A stretch of 64,000 nt of DNA from Eledone cirrhosa (GCA_964016885.1 OZ024740.1:228718001-228782000), one strand, 5' to 3'. Positions 41,457 to 56,431 are shown, counted from the first letter of the stretch. The notes: generated by a model not told the origin, from the sequence alone. Translations and numbers: made by a program.

Positions 41457-43422
41457 TTATCTCTTTCTCTTAATTTCGAGTATATTTTTGTGACAGGCCA
41501 CCTTCCTGGTGGCAAGGTTGTAAAAGGAAAGAAATTGTCATCCCTTGAATCGCAAGAATGTTTTACAAATTTTGAAGGTGCCAGCTATCGCAGCCATTTG
41601 TAGTCTATGAATTAGGGAGCTGCGCTCTTTGTCCGCAAATCCAAGTTCAGTCATACTTTTGTCCAAGCGGGTTGGTATATATCGCGTAGCTCCAATAATG
41701 ATGGGTATGAAGCTAAAGGTGTATCTTGGATACTGGATTTGTAAACTCCTCATCAATGGTCCGTAGATGTCCTCCTTCTCCTGTATTTTTCTTACAACGT
41801 TTACACAAGTGGGCAGCTGATCTCCACAACAGAACACGTTTTCAATGTGTGGTCCCAAACAACATTATCAGGCCGGTTGTGCTTTAATTTAGTGGCAGTT
41901 TTTATTTTCAGGTTCCACCAGTATTCCTTAGTGCCATCTGTCTCAATATATTCTTCCTCGTTTGTTGTTAATTTTGTTTTCCGAAGTGCATTCCAGATGG
42001 TTCTAGCTATCCCATCGTGTCTCATGGGGAGGTAGTAGCGAGATGACATTCTTTCGCAGCTAGCAACAATGTGGCTTACATCCTCGATCTTTGTTTTACA
42101 TAGCCTACATTTATTGTCAGCTGCTGGCCCTCTTCTTTTGTGCAGCAGATATTTGGTAGGGAGTTCTTGTTCCTGTATTGCATAGAGATATCCCTCAAGG
42201 TGTGATGTCCTAAACTTGTCGGAACTCCATGCCAGGCTTTTTGTGTGGTTTATCCCCTCTATGGTCTGTGTTTTACATCTCAAGTATCCATGCACAACTT
42301 TTTCTGTAAATTGGTCAATTTTTTTTATCTTGTTTGAACATTGAATAGGATCTTCCTATTTCTCTGGGTGAGAGATTTATATCAGGCTTTATTCCATATC
42401 TCTCCTTCAGATCAGTCGCTATTCTAATGATATTTTTTTTTTTCATGCTCATAAACCTGGGCAAGATGGTTGCCAACCTTTTTCCTCTGTTGAAGGTGTT
42501 GCTTCAGTGTTACTATCCGGGTCTCATATGTTGTTAATATTGATTTTAGACCCCGGCCACCTTCCTTGCGTGAGAAGTATAGCCTATCCACATCACCATT
42601 GATGTTAAAGTTCCCAGTAACACTGAGAAGTTTGCGAGTTCTAACATCCATCTCACTTAGTTCTTGCAATGACCAGTTCAGCAGGCCAAATGTTGGCGTT
42701 AGAATTGGCACAGCATAAGTATTGTGGGCAATGTATTTGTTGTACGCTGACAGTTCTGATGGCCATATTTTCTTTACTCTTCTGAGGTATTCAGTTCTGG
42801 TTCTCTTCTTATTTATGGGTCCATCATATCTGACATTCCCATCCTGTCCAAGATATCTGTAGTTGTCACCTGACTGTAGAGGTTGTATTGTCAGGCCGTT
42901 CATCTCTAGATTTCTAGAGGAGGGCACAGCTCTTCCACGTTTTACTGCCAAATATGCACACTTGGACTCACCAAATTTCATTTTGATGTCGGTTGAAAAT
43001 TGTGTAATGAGGTCCAATTGTTTCTTGATGTCATTGATATTTGGCCCATACAACTTCAGGTCACCAACAAAGAAAAGATGGGAGATACTTCTGGACCCAC
43101 TTCTTTGTCCACCTTGTTTCCTGAGTAGGTAAGATAGTGGATTCAGTGAGAGAACGAAGAGTAGCACTGACAAGCTATCACCCTGAAAGATTCCCTTCTG
43201 GTAATGTATCTTATCAGTCTTAACTTGCTCCTTCTCACCGCTAAGGATCAAATTGGTGTACCAGTTCTTGGTCAGGCGTTCAACAGCAGCTACCAATGGT
43301 TGTGGGACTTTGGCTAACTGTAAAGCCTTAATAATCCACCCATGAGGTACACTATCAAATGCTTTTTGTTAGTCCAGCCACACCACAGTCATGTTTCTGC
43401 GATTCTTTGTTGTTTTTTCCTG
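41457..43422 (-). mobile_element. 5'-truncated, inactivated non-LTR retrotransposon with RT, CCHC knuckle and restriction-like endonuclease (R4/Dong-like)
   Basis: WLD*QKAFDSVPH, GIFQGDSLS, HLFFVGDLKLY, YRYLG, GGRGL; CRLC..EDVSHIVASC, RHD, RPD..EISCP, PIIIGA; stop codon and frameshifts; ends in (ACAT)n. Confidence 0.92.
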
Positions 43423-43609
43423 TATGTGTGTATGTATGTATGTATGTATATATGTATGTATGTATGTATATATGTATGTGCGTATGTATGCATGTATGTA
43501 TGTATGTATGTATGTATGTATGTATATGTGTATGTATGTATTATGTGTATATGTATGTATTTATGTATGTATGTATGTAAGTATGTATGTATGTGTGTAT
43601 GTATGTATG

Positions 43610-43737
43610 TCAGGTCACCAGTTGGTGCTACTGGTAACATGTATCCCAGTACAACCTGTCTCATAGTCGGGTCGTCGGCGACTAAACTGGCAACCCCACC
43701 AAGGTTTCTTGGTGAGGAGGGTGACTTTGGACATCCT
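43610..43737 (-). mobile_element. Short GC-balanced insert in (ATGT)n, possibly an RTE 5' UTR fragment
   Basis: Complex ~128-bp island flanked on both sides by ATGT repeats; family assignment is from resemblance only. Confidence 0.35.
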
Positions 43738-44183
43738 GTATGTATGTATTTTGTATGTGTGTATGTATGTATGTGTGTGTTTAACACATGCACACACACA
43801 ATATTGTGCTTCCACATTTTCTTCCTTTCTTCATTCACTCCTTCTCTCTCGCCCTCCTCTCTCTTTCATTCTTTGTCGCTATGTCTCTCCCCTCTCTCTC
43901 TCTTTCCTTCTTTCTCTTTCTCCCTCTCCCTCCCATTTTCTATCTCTTTCTCCCTCTCTCTCCCATTCTATATCTCTTTCTCACTCTCTCTCCCATTCTC
44001 TACTCACTCTCCTTCTCTCTCTCCCACCCCTCTCTCATTCTTTCTGTCTCTCTATCCTCAGTAGAAGTGTGGGTGATGATGTGTAAGACATTTCAGAGGT
44101 GTGTTAAATTGTTTAGCTGGCTTTCTGTGTAGGTGTGTACACGCCTTATGTAAGTAGCTATGTGTTTAAGTAAGTGTAATATA

Positions 44184-44282
<99 letters not shown>

Positions 44283-44982
44283 GATCTATGTGTGTGTGTT
44301 AATATATGTCTGCGTGTGTATGTACTTGCATTCAGGTTTTATGCATATTGTTTACATGCATGTGTATACATATAAAAACAAATATGTATGAATGTATATA
44401 TGTATATATGTATGTATGTATGTATGTATTTATGTGTGTGTATCCACCTATATTTGTATGCGTGCATATATGTATGCATGTATATATGTATGCGTGTATG
44501 TATGTATGTGAGTATGTATGTATGTGTGAATGTACGTGTGTATATATATATATGTATGTGTACATGTATATATATATATGTGTGTGTATCGATGTGTGTA
44601 TATGTGAGTAAAATAACAACCATGTACCAGATCTAGTGTTTCTTGTGTAATAAAGTATTTTCTAGAACACAAGCGACACTTGATCTGCTGTAAGATCGAT
44701 AATAATAAAAAATCAATATAATCTCTGTTTTAAAACATATTGAATACTTTATTGGACCGTGATCTTCTTGATCAAATGATTAAGATAATTTCCCCAAAAT
44801 GGCTAACGGGATACACACGTGCTTTTTCTGAGAAAAAAAATGTTTTCCATTTCTTTCCCTTTTCACTCTCCTGTATATTGATACGTGTCTTTCCATTTAG
44901 TCTTGGCTGTATGTATCTACGTACCTGCCTAAAAATATAAGTGGATATGTATGTGCATGTATATGTGTGTGTATGTGTATGT

Positions 44983-45963
44983 CTCTTTGACTGAGTTGCA
45001 GTCCTGGGTCAAGAATCGACCGAGACTGGGCACCTGGCATCTGGAATGTTGCCAGGTGCTCACTGCCCTCCAGGTGGGCAATGCGTTCAGTAGAACTTCC
45101 ACTCTCGAGTTCTATAGAGGATTAGTGGTGGGCCAGTGCAACGACACACTGGGAGAAGCTCTGGATGTCGATGAAATTGAACTGACCAGTCTATTCCGAA
45201 GGACTTTCGAGTCGGGGGACTATGGATAATTTCCAGATACCGTTCAGTTGGCAGTGCTACTGGGGGGGGGGGGGGGCACTGCCTGTTCAAGATAAACTCT
45301 ACAGGCACGGAAGTGTTGTCAGATGGACCTGCCCAAGATGCGTGCAGAGCGACGAAACCGTTCTGCACGCACTTGGCCAGTATTCGTGCATTACTGACTT
45401 GTGGAGTAACGCGTGTAGGACGGTTCCGGCTATCGACCGAGTCCGTAGTGAAGATTGCCCCACCGCCTTATTTTGGCCGGGAAGGGCAGGCAGTTTCCCT
45501 CTGTCTGGTGAAGGTAACAAAACATGTTGTGTGGTGTACTGAAGACACATTCTTCTCTTCGGCCAATCCCTCATCAACGTTTTCAAGTTTCATTTGGAAA
45601 GGAAGGTGAGTGTGGAGAGAGAAGTGCTGCCCCTAGTACATTTGCTAAACGGTAGGTGAATATGGCAATAATGTCCCGTGTGAATGAGCCTAGTCTGAGC
45701 ATGCACCAGTAGACTGGTTTATTTGAAGAAGGAAAGGGCGTGTTCTTACAGGGTGTCCTCGAGCGGCGGGTGGTTCAGGATTGGTAGGGTAACTGAGTCG
45801 CTCCTGGATGGTTATTGGGAAATATATTTTGTTATAGGTTTGTTGTTAATTGTATTTGTTATTTTCGATTTTTACTCGATTTCATCGTAAACCGCCACTG
45901 TCTCTATGTTTTTGTATCGTAGGGCCTTGTGGTCAATAAAGAAATTATTATTATTATTATATT
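44983..45963 (+). mobile_element. Tx1/L1-clade LINE 3' fragment, frameshifted
   Basis: zf-RVT-like W.CY.GALPVQDKL..CPRC...ETVLHAL; 3' UTR ending AATAAAGAAATT(ATT)n; homologous to 63063-64000. Confidence 0.88.
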
Positions 45964-46134
45964 ATATATAGTCGACTGTATATATCCAACAATGGTATGG
46001 GATCAGGTAGAGTATTGGTCTATGAATGAACAATAAGACAGTCTTGTATTTTTACATAAGTCAATTTATTAAGGTAATATAATAATATAAACGGTGATAA
46101 ATTGAATTATGTAAAACAACAACAACACTGTTTT

Positions 46135-46310
46135 AATAATTGTTTCTACGTTAGGCACAAGGCCAGCAATTACCCAGTGTATTACTGGTACTTTATTTTA
46201 TCGACCCCGTAAGGATGAAAGGCAAAGTCAACCTCGGCGGGATTTGAACTCAGATCATAAAGGGACGTAACTCTATGCTTCAAAGCATGACGTCCGACTC
46301 TCTACTGTTT
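46135..46310 (-). mobile_element. SINE family A
   Basis: TTTTATCGACCCCGTAAGGATGAAAGGCAAAGTCAACCTCGGCGGGATTTGAACTC. Confidence 0.9.
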
Positions 46311-46408
46311 TAATAATCATTCGTATTTATATACACACTGCTTTAGCACAGAGCGCTCATATTAATATCACCTCCGGTAATTCACAAAACAAGATTAATG
46401 AATAATAT

Positions 46409-46437
<29 letters not shown>

Positions 46438-46439
<2 letters not shown>

Positions 46440-47194
46440 CTAGCAGCAGTACCCAGCGTTGCCTGGGTAGATAACATAATTGTTTCTACTTTTGGCACAA
46501 GGCCAGCAATTAGCCAGTACATTACTGGTACTTTATTTTATCGACCCCGTAAGGATGAAAGGCAAAGTTAACCTTGGCGCGATTTGAACTCGGAATGGCA
46601 AGGGGCGTAACTCTATGCGTCAAAGCATAGTGGCCGACCCTCTACCGATACTGCCAATCCAGTAAAATAATGTCTGCTTTGATGAAAAGGTGTTGATCTT
46701 AACGACTGCTTTTCAATGACTCATCTATGGCCACACACAGGCCATGCGGGAGAGGGTGGTGATGACCTCTATCACTGAGAAACGCGGGTGACTGACGAAG
46801 GGGTATGCTGGGGGAGGGTTTTTCGAATTTGAACGAAATGGGTTGAAAAATGTGGGAGCTAGAGCCGAAAAAGCGGAAATTTGAGCGAAAAGGTGGAATT
46901 TTCGAATATTTAAGCGGCTGCCACGCCGTTCCCGAACAAAAATTCCAAAATGTAAAGCCACTTTAAGACGTGAAATAATCAGATCTAGCGTAGGGTAAAA
47001 TTTGAACAAAGTAGTTTGATTAATGTGGGAGCTAGAGCCGAAAAACGTAAACAAACTTTTTTAAGCCGTTGCTCGCACCAACCGGAGGTATATGGTCTTT
47101 AAAGCGATGAAATACCAATGATGGTTGGAAGATCACTGATGAAGGACTAACTTTATTCATATGTAACCCATTAGCAACCACGCAGCACGTTTAT

Positions 47195-47200
<6 letters not shown>
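46438..47200 (+). mobile_element. Possible non-autonomous Helitron-like element in (TA)n, interrupted by a SINE
   Basis: Starts ACTAG with the hairpin ACCCAG-CGTTGC-CTGGGT; TA runs on both sides; internal 22-bp repeat TGTGGGAGCTAGAGCCGAAAAA at 46851 and 47024. Confidence 0.4.
46476..46662 (-). mobile_element. SINE family A
   Basis: Close inverse match to 18415-18591. Confidence 0.9.
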
Positions 47201-47269
<69 letters not shown>

Positions 47270-47303
47270 TACATATATATATATATATAAATATACATAC
47301 ATT

Positions 47304-47374
<71 letters not shown>

Positions 47375-48079
47375 AAAATTTCGCTCTACATGGCTGAATA
47401 CAATGTAATCTGAGTTTTTCGAATATTAATAATAATATTCGATTCGTTTGCAATTATGCAAACAAGCCTCAATTTTATAGCCATGTCAGTAGAATGAGCC
47501 CCTCATTCTTGCTCTTGTGTTGGCATATACATATATATATTATATTGTTCTATATCGTTTCACCAGTACCAGGAGTCACAGACAGTGTATGAGTTTAGTA
47601 AAAGCTAAGTTCGTAGTTTTTTGTTGTTATTCTTTCTGCTAACTTGTCACCATGGATTGCTATGTTGTTTATATCACAGTAGATGTGTATGAAGTCTGTT
47701 TAATGACTTGCTGCTAATCGATATATACCGATGTGGATTTGTCGGCATTGAATCAGTGCTTGGCTAGTGAGGAAATTCTCCTTTTCCGGATACTGATGGT
47801 GAAGCTAAAGGCTTTAGCTGCTGACCGAGATGAAATGATCAATGTTGTACTGAATGTACAATGTGTGTGTTTACAAAAGGAAAATTATCAATGTGTAATC
47901 GTTTTAATACGTTTTCCAGACACTGGGTTAAGTGGGGGTTAAAGGGACCACCTCCTGAACCGAAATTGAATATCTTGATTGCTCTCTAGATTGGAAACTG
48001 CAGCCCCAGAATAGATCAAAGTAAGAAAATAACTCTAATTGAATAAGCAGACTCAAGAACACATCTTAATGTAAATGAT

Positions 48080-48400
48080 TGAGGCTAAGTGGTTAAAGTG
48101 CTGGGCTCAAGAGTTTATGGCTATGGGTTCAATCTCCACATATATTCTCGAATAAGATACTTCGTTTCTCGTTGCTCCTGTCAATTCACCTGAAAATATG
48201 TACTAACCGCAGCAAAGGACTTGTACACTCAGTTGCTTAATGCCAGAATAAGCTCCGGCCTTATGAGCTTCGTTGAGCTCAAGAAGATTCTAAGGGCACA
48301 TACATATTTACTTGTGTCTTCGAGAGAGAAAAGCTATTTGAATAGTTCTCCTTTTCACTATACTCTCGTGGAAAGATCAAATGATTGCCATAATTTTATC
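48080..48400 (+). mobile_element. SINE family B, degenerate
   Basis: A box GGCTAAGTGG, B box GGTTCAATCTCC, GAATAAGATACTT..CGTTGCTCC core. Confidence 0.65.
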
Positions 48401-48559
48401 CAGCTGCCCCAACCTGTTGGAATCAAACAAAGGTTATGTTCAGATCAACAAAAGCCATGCATAGGTCTTTTCTTTCAATCTAATAGCAGGCTAAAACACG
48501 TTCACTCTAGAAAATAGCCTCACTAAGCAACACTAGCTTCCTTTTTAGATAGTGACTTC

Positions 48560-48875
48560 GAAGTATTATCTTACCAACAATAAGGAAATATCGGTATCTG
48601 TCAGTTTCGACAATGAGTGTATCGTTGTATTGGTCTTCTTATTAAATTAAGCTGTAAGTGGCTGCATATTCCACAGCTAACGGGATTCAGTGTGACAGTG
48701 TGTGACAAATACGGACTTCCCCCCCAAAAAATTTTTCCTACACAATTTTGGTCGCAAGACCTGGGTTGATCTGAGGCTATGATGAAAGAAACGTGACCCA
48801 GATGACACAAGGTCGACCTGAACCTGGAACATCGTAATTGTTAAACGAACCTCTTAACCATTTTGCCTGGCTGCT
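48560..48875 (-). mobile_element. SINE family B-like, degenerate
   Basis: Inverse tRNA head (CTCTTAACCA..GCC) and CAGTGTGTGACAA body motif shared with 14836-15146. Confidence 0.5.
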
Positions 48876-48981
48876 CCAGCAAATACCAACAGCAGAGAGA
48901 AGCAAAATGTCATACATATGCTTGAGTGGGTTTGCGTTCGTAAGCTTGTGTGTTATTTCTATATATTTACACACACACACA

Positions 48982-49048
<67 letters not shown>

Positions 49049-49304
49049 GTATATGTGTGTGGGTATATGTGTGAGTCGGTGTGTGTGAGTTTGAGTGTGT
49101 GTGTATTTAGTGTAAAATGTCATCAACAATAAACATTATATAGAATTTATGAATTTATCTATAAAGAAAGATGAACAGTGATTCGTAGGTAGAGAGAAGG
49201 CTGGTGGGTAAATAGAGACAGGCAGATATTGATAGGTTCAGATAGTTAGATAGTTAGATAGAGAGAGAGAGAGAGGGGGGAGGGAGAGGGAGAGTAAGAG
49301 AAAT

Positions 49305-49822
49305 AGATAATTTTCTTTTTATTTGCTACCACGGCATCAAAAAGTGGGACAAGTACAATGGGGGGAGTTTACATAACAAGGCGTCCTCAATAAGGAGGAG
49401 GCAATAACAAAATATAAAAATAAAATAAAATATAACAAGATAAAATTTATAACAAAATCCTCAATAGAGAGGAGGCGCCTTGGGGGGTCGCACACACCCC
49501 CGAAAAAAAGTGTGCAACCCTTCTCCTCAGGAGCACAGAGAGGGGGTGCTCCCTTGGTCTTTCATCTTCCTCATCTATAGTTTGATGTAGAGTGAAGGCC
49601 CATTCACACGGGCCATTCTCGCCACTTTCACCCATCTTTCATAAAAGCGGCTGGGGTGGAGCACCTCTCTCTCCATCCTGATCCTTCTTCCGAAATGATA
49701 TCGGAAGAAACGGACCAGTTGTTGGCCAGAGAGACGCGTCCACCATACAACCTCTTTCGCCATGGCTATTACGCACAGAAACACCGCCTCTCCTTCGTTT
49801 TTGAAGAGGGGAGGAGGCTTGA
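49305..49822 (-). mobile_element. Tx1/L1-clade LINE 3' end
   Basis: PPPLFKNEGEAVFLCVIAMAKEVVWWTRL... closely matches ORF 63307-63948; AATAAA at the 3' end; microsatellite flanks. Confidence 0.9.
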
Positions 49823-49931
49823 TCGAGAGGGAGAGAAATAGATAGATAGATAGATAGAGAGAGAGAGTTTGTGTGTGTATGTGTGTGATAGATGGATAGA
49901 TAAATAGATAGAGGGTTTGTGAGTGCATGCA

Positions 49932-50100
49932 TTCTTCTTCTTCTTCTTCTTCTTCTTTTTCTTCTTCTTCTTCTTCTTCTTCTTCTTCTTCTTCTTCTTC
50001 TTCTTCTTCTTCTTCTTCTTCTTCTTCTTCTATCTTTTCCCACGTATTCCTTATCCCTGAGGGGGTCGAAACGGCAGAGTCCTCAAACACCCCTTCCACT
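49932..50100 (-). mobile_element. Probable LINE (RTE-like) 3' terminus with (GAA)n tail
   Basis: Minus strand ...CGACCCCCTCAGGGATAAGG... runs directly into (GAA)n. Confidence 0.35.
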
Positions 50101-50369
50101 AATGATGGATAAAGATCACTAATGATGGATAAAAATCCTGAAATACTAGTATTTGATCTTTTCACACGGTTACTGAGGTTGCCGTGACACCTTCACAGCT
50201 AAAATACATACAGCAAGTTTTTTTTACGTATTATACATAAACATATTGCATATACTGCTATACACCTCTATTGTGAATCACACGGTGTTAGTGCTACTGC
50301 TAATAAACAAAACTAATGTTTAAATATGAACAGCCACATGACATAGAGTTGTTGCTCCCTACCACAAAG

Positions 50370-50822
50370 AACGGTTTCTGATTTAGGCAAAAGGCCAACA
50401 ATTTTGGGGGAAGGGGATCGTCGATTAAATCGATACCAGTGCTTTACTGGTGTTACATTTTATCGACCCCATACGGATGAAAGGCAAAACTATCCCCGGC
50501 GGGATTTAAACTCAGAACGTAAAGGGACGTAACTATATGCCGCAAAAACATGTTGTTCGACGCTCTGCCAAAGCTGCCAATCCACCGCCCTTGTATTGTT
50601 AATAATGGTTTCTTATTTAGGCACAAGGTCAGCAATTTTTGGGGGGGTGAGGTCGATTAAATTTACCCCAGTGTGTGACTGGTACTTTATTTTATGGACG
50701 CCGTAAGGATGAAAGGCAAAGCTAAGCTGGAGGGATTTGAACTCAGAACGTAAAGGACCGTAACTCTATGCCGCAAAGCATGGTGCCCGACGCTCTACAG
50801 ATGCTGCCAATCCACATCCCTT
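50370..50822 (-). mobile_element. Two tandem SINE family A copies
   Basis: GGATGAAAGGCAAA..GGGATTT.AACTCAGAACGTAAAGG..CTGCCAATCCAC repeated with ~232-bp spacing. Confidence 0.9.
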
Positions 50823-51229
50823 GTATTGTTAACAATAAATAAAGTACAACAGCGTGCGTCAACAGCAAACAGAACATCCTTTCGTTCCTTAAGAAGTCAA
50901 ATCTGAAAGACATCTTTCCAGCATACAAAATCTACTGGCATATATGGACACTAAACGGGTGTTTCTCAAAAGATATCCACTTCGATAGATATAGACTGTA
51001 TATAGCTAAAGGACACCCTATTCCGCTATATGAATTTCATATTAACATTGATTCAGATGGAAACACAATATCTTTGGATGATCAAAAGAAATTGGAGAAC
51101 GGAAGAAGGGGAAACAATTTCGGGAAATGATAAAAAAAACAAAAAAAAAAACAGAATTCTATTAAAAGAAGGAAAATGAGAAAAATAAGTATCATCTACT
51201 AAAATATAGCCACACACGCGAGCACACAC

Positions 51230-51354
<125 letters not shown>

Positions 51355-51540
51355 GTAACAATAATAAATTTGAAGACTAAAATCCAAAGAGGGCTCGATA
51401 AGGACAAATATATGTCAGATATATAAGAACCGTAGAGCAAATATTTATTAAAATAACATATTAAAGTTTCAGAAGATCCCGTTAAGGGTGAAAGCAGCGA
51501 TTCTTTGCTTAAACTTTAATCTGTTATTTTAATAAATATT

Positions 51541-51591
<51 letters not shown>

Positions 51592-51745
51592 CTATGGAAG
51601 AGGAAGACCAAGGTTAACGTATGTTGATGCCCTAAGGACAGACACTGGTCTGTTGGAGACGCAGGACATGGCAGCGATAATGAGGGACAGAGAGAGAACT
51701 CGTCCATGGATCTCGGGGATTTTACCCGCCCTAGAATATATGTGA
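51592..51745 (+). mobile_element. RTE-clade LINE ORF C-terminal fragment
   Basis: Translates GRGRPRLTYVDALRTDTGLLETQDMAAIMRDR, matching the GRP..Y.D...D.....DR pattern of RTE C-termini. Confidence 0.65.
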
Positions 51746-51889
51746 ACAAAGTGGAGGTGTTACATAAGAGATTTATTGCTCGATCCTAGTTACAAATGTT
51801 TCCCAAACAGCTGGCTCGTGATCCGAGATAGTCGCTACAGACCAGATTCTAAAATGGGCTGATCCTCCGACCAGTGTTATCGCAACAAA

Positions 51890-52713
<824 letters not shown>

Positions 52714-52717
<4 letters not shown>

Positions 52718-52839
52718 AAAAGAGTCAGGACCCCGACAGCTGAGTTCCGGTCGTTCCGAACTGTTCGGATCTAGCTGCACTTCATCCCGCTGCGTACTCT
52801 GGTGCGTTATGGTCTACCTGCTGTCTTACCACATCTTTG

Positions 52840-52840
<1 letters not shown>
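52714..52840 (+). mobile_element. Internally deleted member of the 55737 family (arm + tail)
   Basis: GGACCCCGAC.GCTGAG arm and TGGTGCGTTATGGTC.ACCTG..CTTACCACAT tail; TA flanks. Confidence 0.75.
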
Positions 52841-52888
<48 letters not shown>

Positions 52889-52942
52889 CATATATATATA
52901 CATATATACATATATACATTTATATATATACATACATTTAAA

Positions 52943-53864
<922 letters not shown>

Positions 53865-53870
<6 letters not shown>

Positions 53871-54420
53871 AAATAAAGTTAAATAAAAAGTCAAATGTTT
53901 AAAATTTAGCTTCGTTTATTACTGCTATATATATTTCAGTGACAGCCATCTTTGGCTGTGACCTCTTCAGGCAGTTTGAATTAGTGTGGTATAGACAAGT
54001 ACATATGTTGTTGAGGTGTATAATTTTGTCAATACTCTGATATGCCCAGTTCCTGGTTGGGTTGTTATTTCACTGGGGAACTGGAGTCATATGAATTCAA
54101 ACAAACGAATTTCAGTGTCAAAGGGCCTCTTCTCCTCTCATTGGTCAGTTATTAGAACATTCCTCATTCTAAGTGTTGTTATTGTTGGAGTTAGCTTAAA
54201 AAATTGATAAAGTGGTAGAAGGGACAAGGTGTTAAAGGAACAAAATAACAAAATAACAAAATAACAAAAAAGGTGTCAAACTTCCCATTCCTCAGTCAGA
54301 AGTCTATAGAATTTAACTTTATTTTACATTACTCCGGCGTAACCAAACCAACCTGCGCACTTCGTCGAGTGCTCCAGCCTGCATACTGAGGTGTTGGTAT
54401 ACAACCAACATATACTCAAA
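53865..54420 (-). mobile_element. Penelope pLTR/retrozyme-like insert carrying a hammerhead and AATAAA
   Basis: Complex island between TA/CT runs; hammerhead near its 3' end. Confidence 0.6.
53921..53975 (-). ncRNA. Minimal type I hammerhead ribozyme
   Basis: Minus strand: ACTGC CTGAAGA GGTCACAGCC AAAGAT GGCTGTCACT GAAA TATATA TA GCAGT; stem I 5 bp, stem II 9 of 10 pairs, palindromic stem III, AUA site. Confidence 0.85.
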
Positions 54421-54421
54421 A

Positions 54422-54490
<69 letters not shown>

Positions 54491-54498
<8 letters not shown>

Positions 54499-55171
54499 TG
54501 GAGAATAGGATTGGATGTGTATTGCTAGTTAAGGTAGCTTATAATGGAATGAGAATAAGAAGAAAGCAGAACAGAACGGGGAAGGGGAGTTTTCCTCATC
54601 AGTTGTCTACTGGGGGTCTCGGATATTTCAACGCTTTAAAGACAAGATATCTACCCCCAGAGCGTTCAATAACTGGGTAAGTTATTGGGAAAACGGAGGA
54701 GAGAGGGAAGGAAAATAGAAGGCAAAAGGGATTAAAAGAGAAAACACCGAAAAAACAATAACAAACCGAGCAATGTGCGAGCAACTTAAGGTAAGAAAAT
54801 CCAAGACAACAGCGGTAACAGAACTTAAGTTGAAGAGCGTGTGGGCGAACGAAAAGACACGACTGACCCCAGCGAGTGTAAGTGAGAAAAGGACTGCTAG
54901 AAGGTCAATCGAGAGTAACAATGAGGTGGCTGGCAGTGAGAGGATGAGTGAAAGTGGGAGGGAGAATGGGAGAGGAAGAAGGGGGGGGGGGGGGGGTAGA
55001 TAATAACGAGATAGGTAGATAGAAGAGAGAGAAGACGGGTCACAGAGAAACATGATAAAATATATGGAGAATAGGATTGACTGTGTAGTTGCTAGTCAAG
55101 GTAGGCTTAAAATTGAATGAGAATAAGAAGAAAGCAAGAACGGGGGGTCCTCATCATTTGTCTACTGGGGT

Positions 55172-55174
<3 letters not shown>
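54491..55174 (-). mobile_element. Small non-coding element with ~120-130-bp diverged terminal direct repeats
   Basis: AAAATATATGGAGAATAGGATTG...CCTCATCA.TTGTCTACTGGGG at 54491-54622 and 55057-55174; flanked by (TA)n and (GT)n. Confidence 0.7.
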
Positions 55175-55248
<74 letters not shown>

Positions 55249-55683
55249 AGATATAGGTATATATGAAAAGTGCAACTTTTCTCTCTCTATCTTTATTATT
55301 AATATTATTAATGATGCTGTAATTTGAATTTGTAAATTTAACGGGTATTCTAGTTGTCTCTGATGATCTGATTAGGCTAACACCGTATTTAAAATTGAGT
55401 GGCACTGCTTCTAGTGTTCAGCAATTTTTAGACAACTTAATCAGTGAAACAATTGTCAGACTGTAAATAAATTCCTTTTTTTTTGTACTGTTGACCATGT
55501 TATTCTTCACTTTTTCAATTTTATTACTCCAAGATAAACTTACATAGGAATACAAGTGAAATCCTAAACTCACCACCTACGTAAACTTCTTGTTGAGTCA
55601 AACAACGCCGTACGCTAAAACTATCCATAATAAGAAGTATTCACAACCTCTAACTGGATTACCTATAACGATATTTTGTTATC

Positions 55684-55736
<53 letters not shown>

Positions 55737-55740
<4 letters not shown>

Positions 55741-55927
55741 AACGAGTAGGACCCCGACGGCTGAGCTCAAGCCGTTTCGACGGCTAATTCAGTCCAGAAT
55801 TAGCCGTCGAAACGGCTTGAGCTCAGCCGTCGGGGTCCTACTCGTTCCTATTACCCACTCTACTACCCTAAGTATTGAGTACTTTGGTGCGTTATGGTCC
55901 ACCTGGTTCCTTACCACATTTCCTCCG

Positions 55928-55930
<3 letters not shown>
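55737..55930 (+). mobile_element. Perfect 54-bp-arm hairpin (6-nt loop) plus 80-bp tail, inside (TA)n
   Basis: 55737-55790 is the exact inverse of 55797-55850. Confidence 0.92.
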
Positions 55931-55998
<68 letters not shown>

Positions 55999-56391
55999 CA
56001 TACATACATACATACACACACACTCTTCTGATTACAAACATATAATACACAGATACGATGAGACGATCGCATTTCCTTGTGAATCACCGTATTCATGTAA
56101 AAGCATTGAGTATTCTATGGAATGAGCAAAGAGGAAATTTTCATAGAGCAACTGATATTTCCATCTTAGTTTTCTAACAATTGTTTGATGTATGAAGTTG
56201 GCTAGTAGGTCGTCTTACGGAAAACCTGATTCAGTTTGAGGCTGAAGACCCGCTTGTCTACACCATACATCCGGTTTCATTAACTTATTTTCAACAATAA
56301 AGTTTGTTTTCATCCTCTCTAACAGAAAATAAACCCGGATGTATAGTGCGTGTGTGTATGTGCGCGTGTTTTTGTGTGTGCGAGCACGTGC

Positions 56392-56431
<40 letters not shown>

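Noticed and set aside
47135-47150. CTGATGA as a further hammerhead core
   Set aside because: No downstream stem II/GAAA/stem III could be paired
47640-47850. Possible minus-strand exons after acceptor-like CAG at ~47850 (and ~55461)
   Set aside because: At ~47850 all frames close quickly; no clear donor or recognisable protein at either site; could only be UTR
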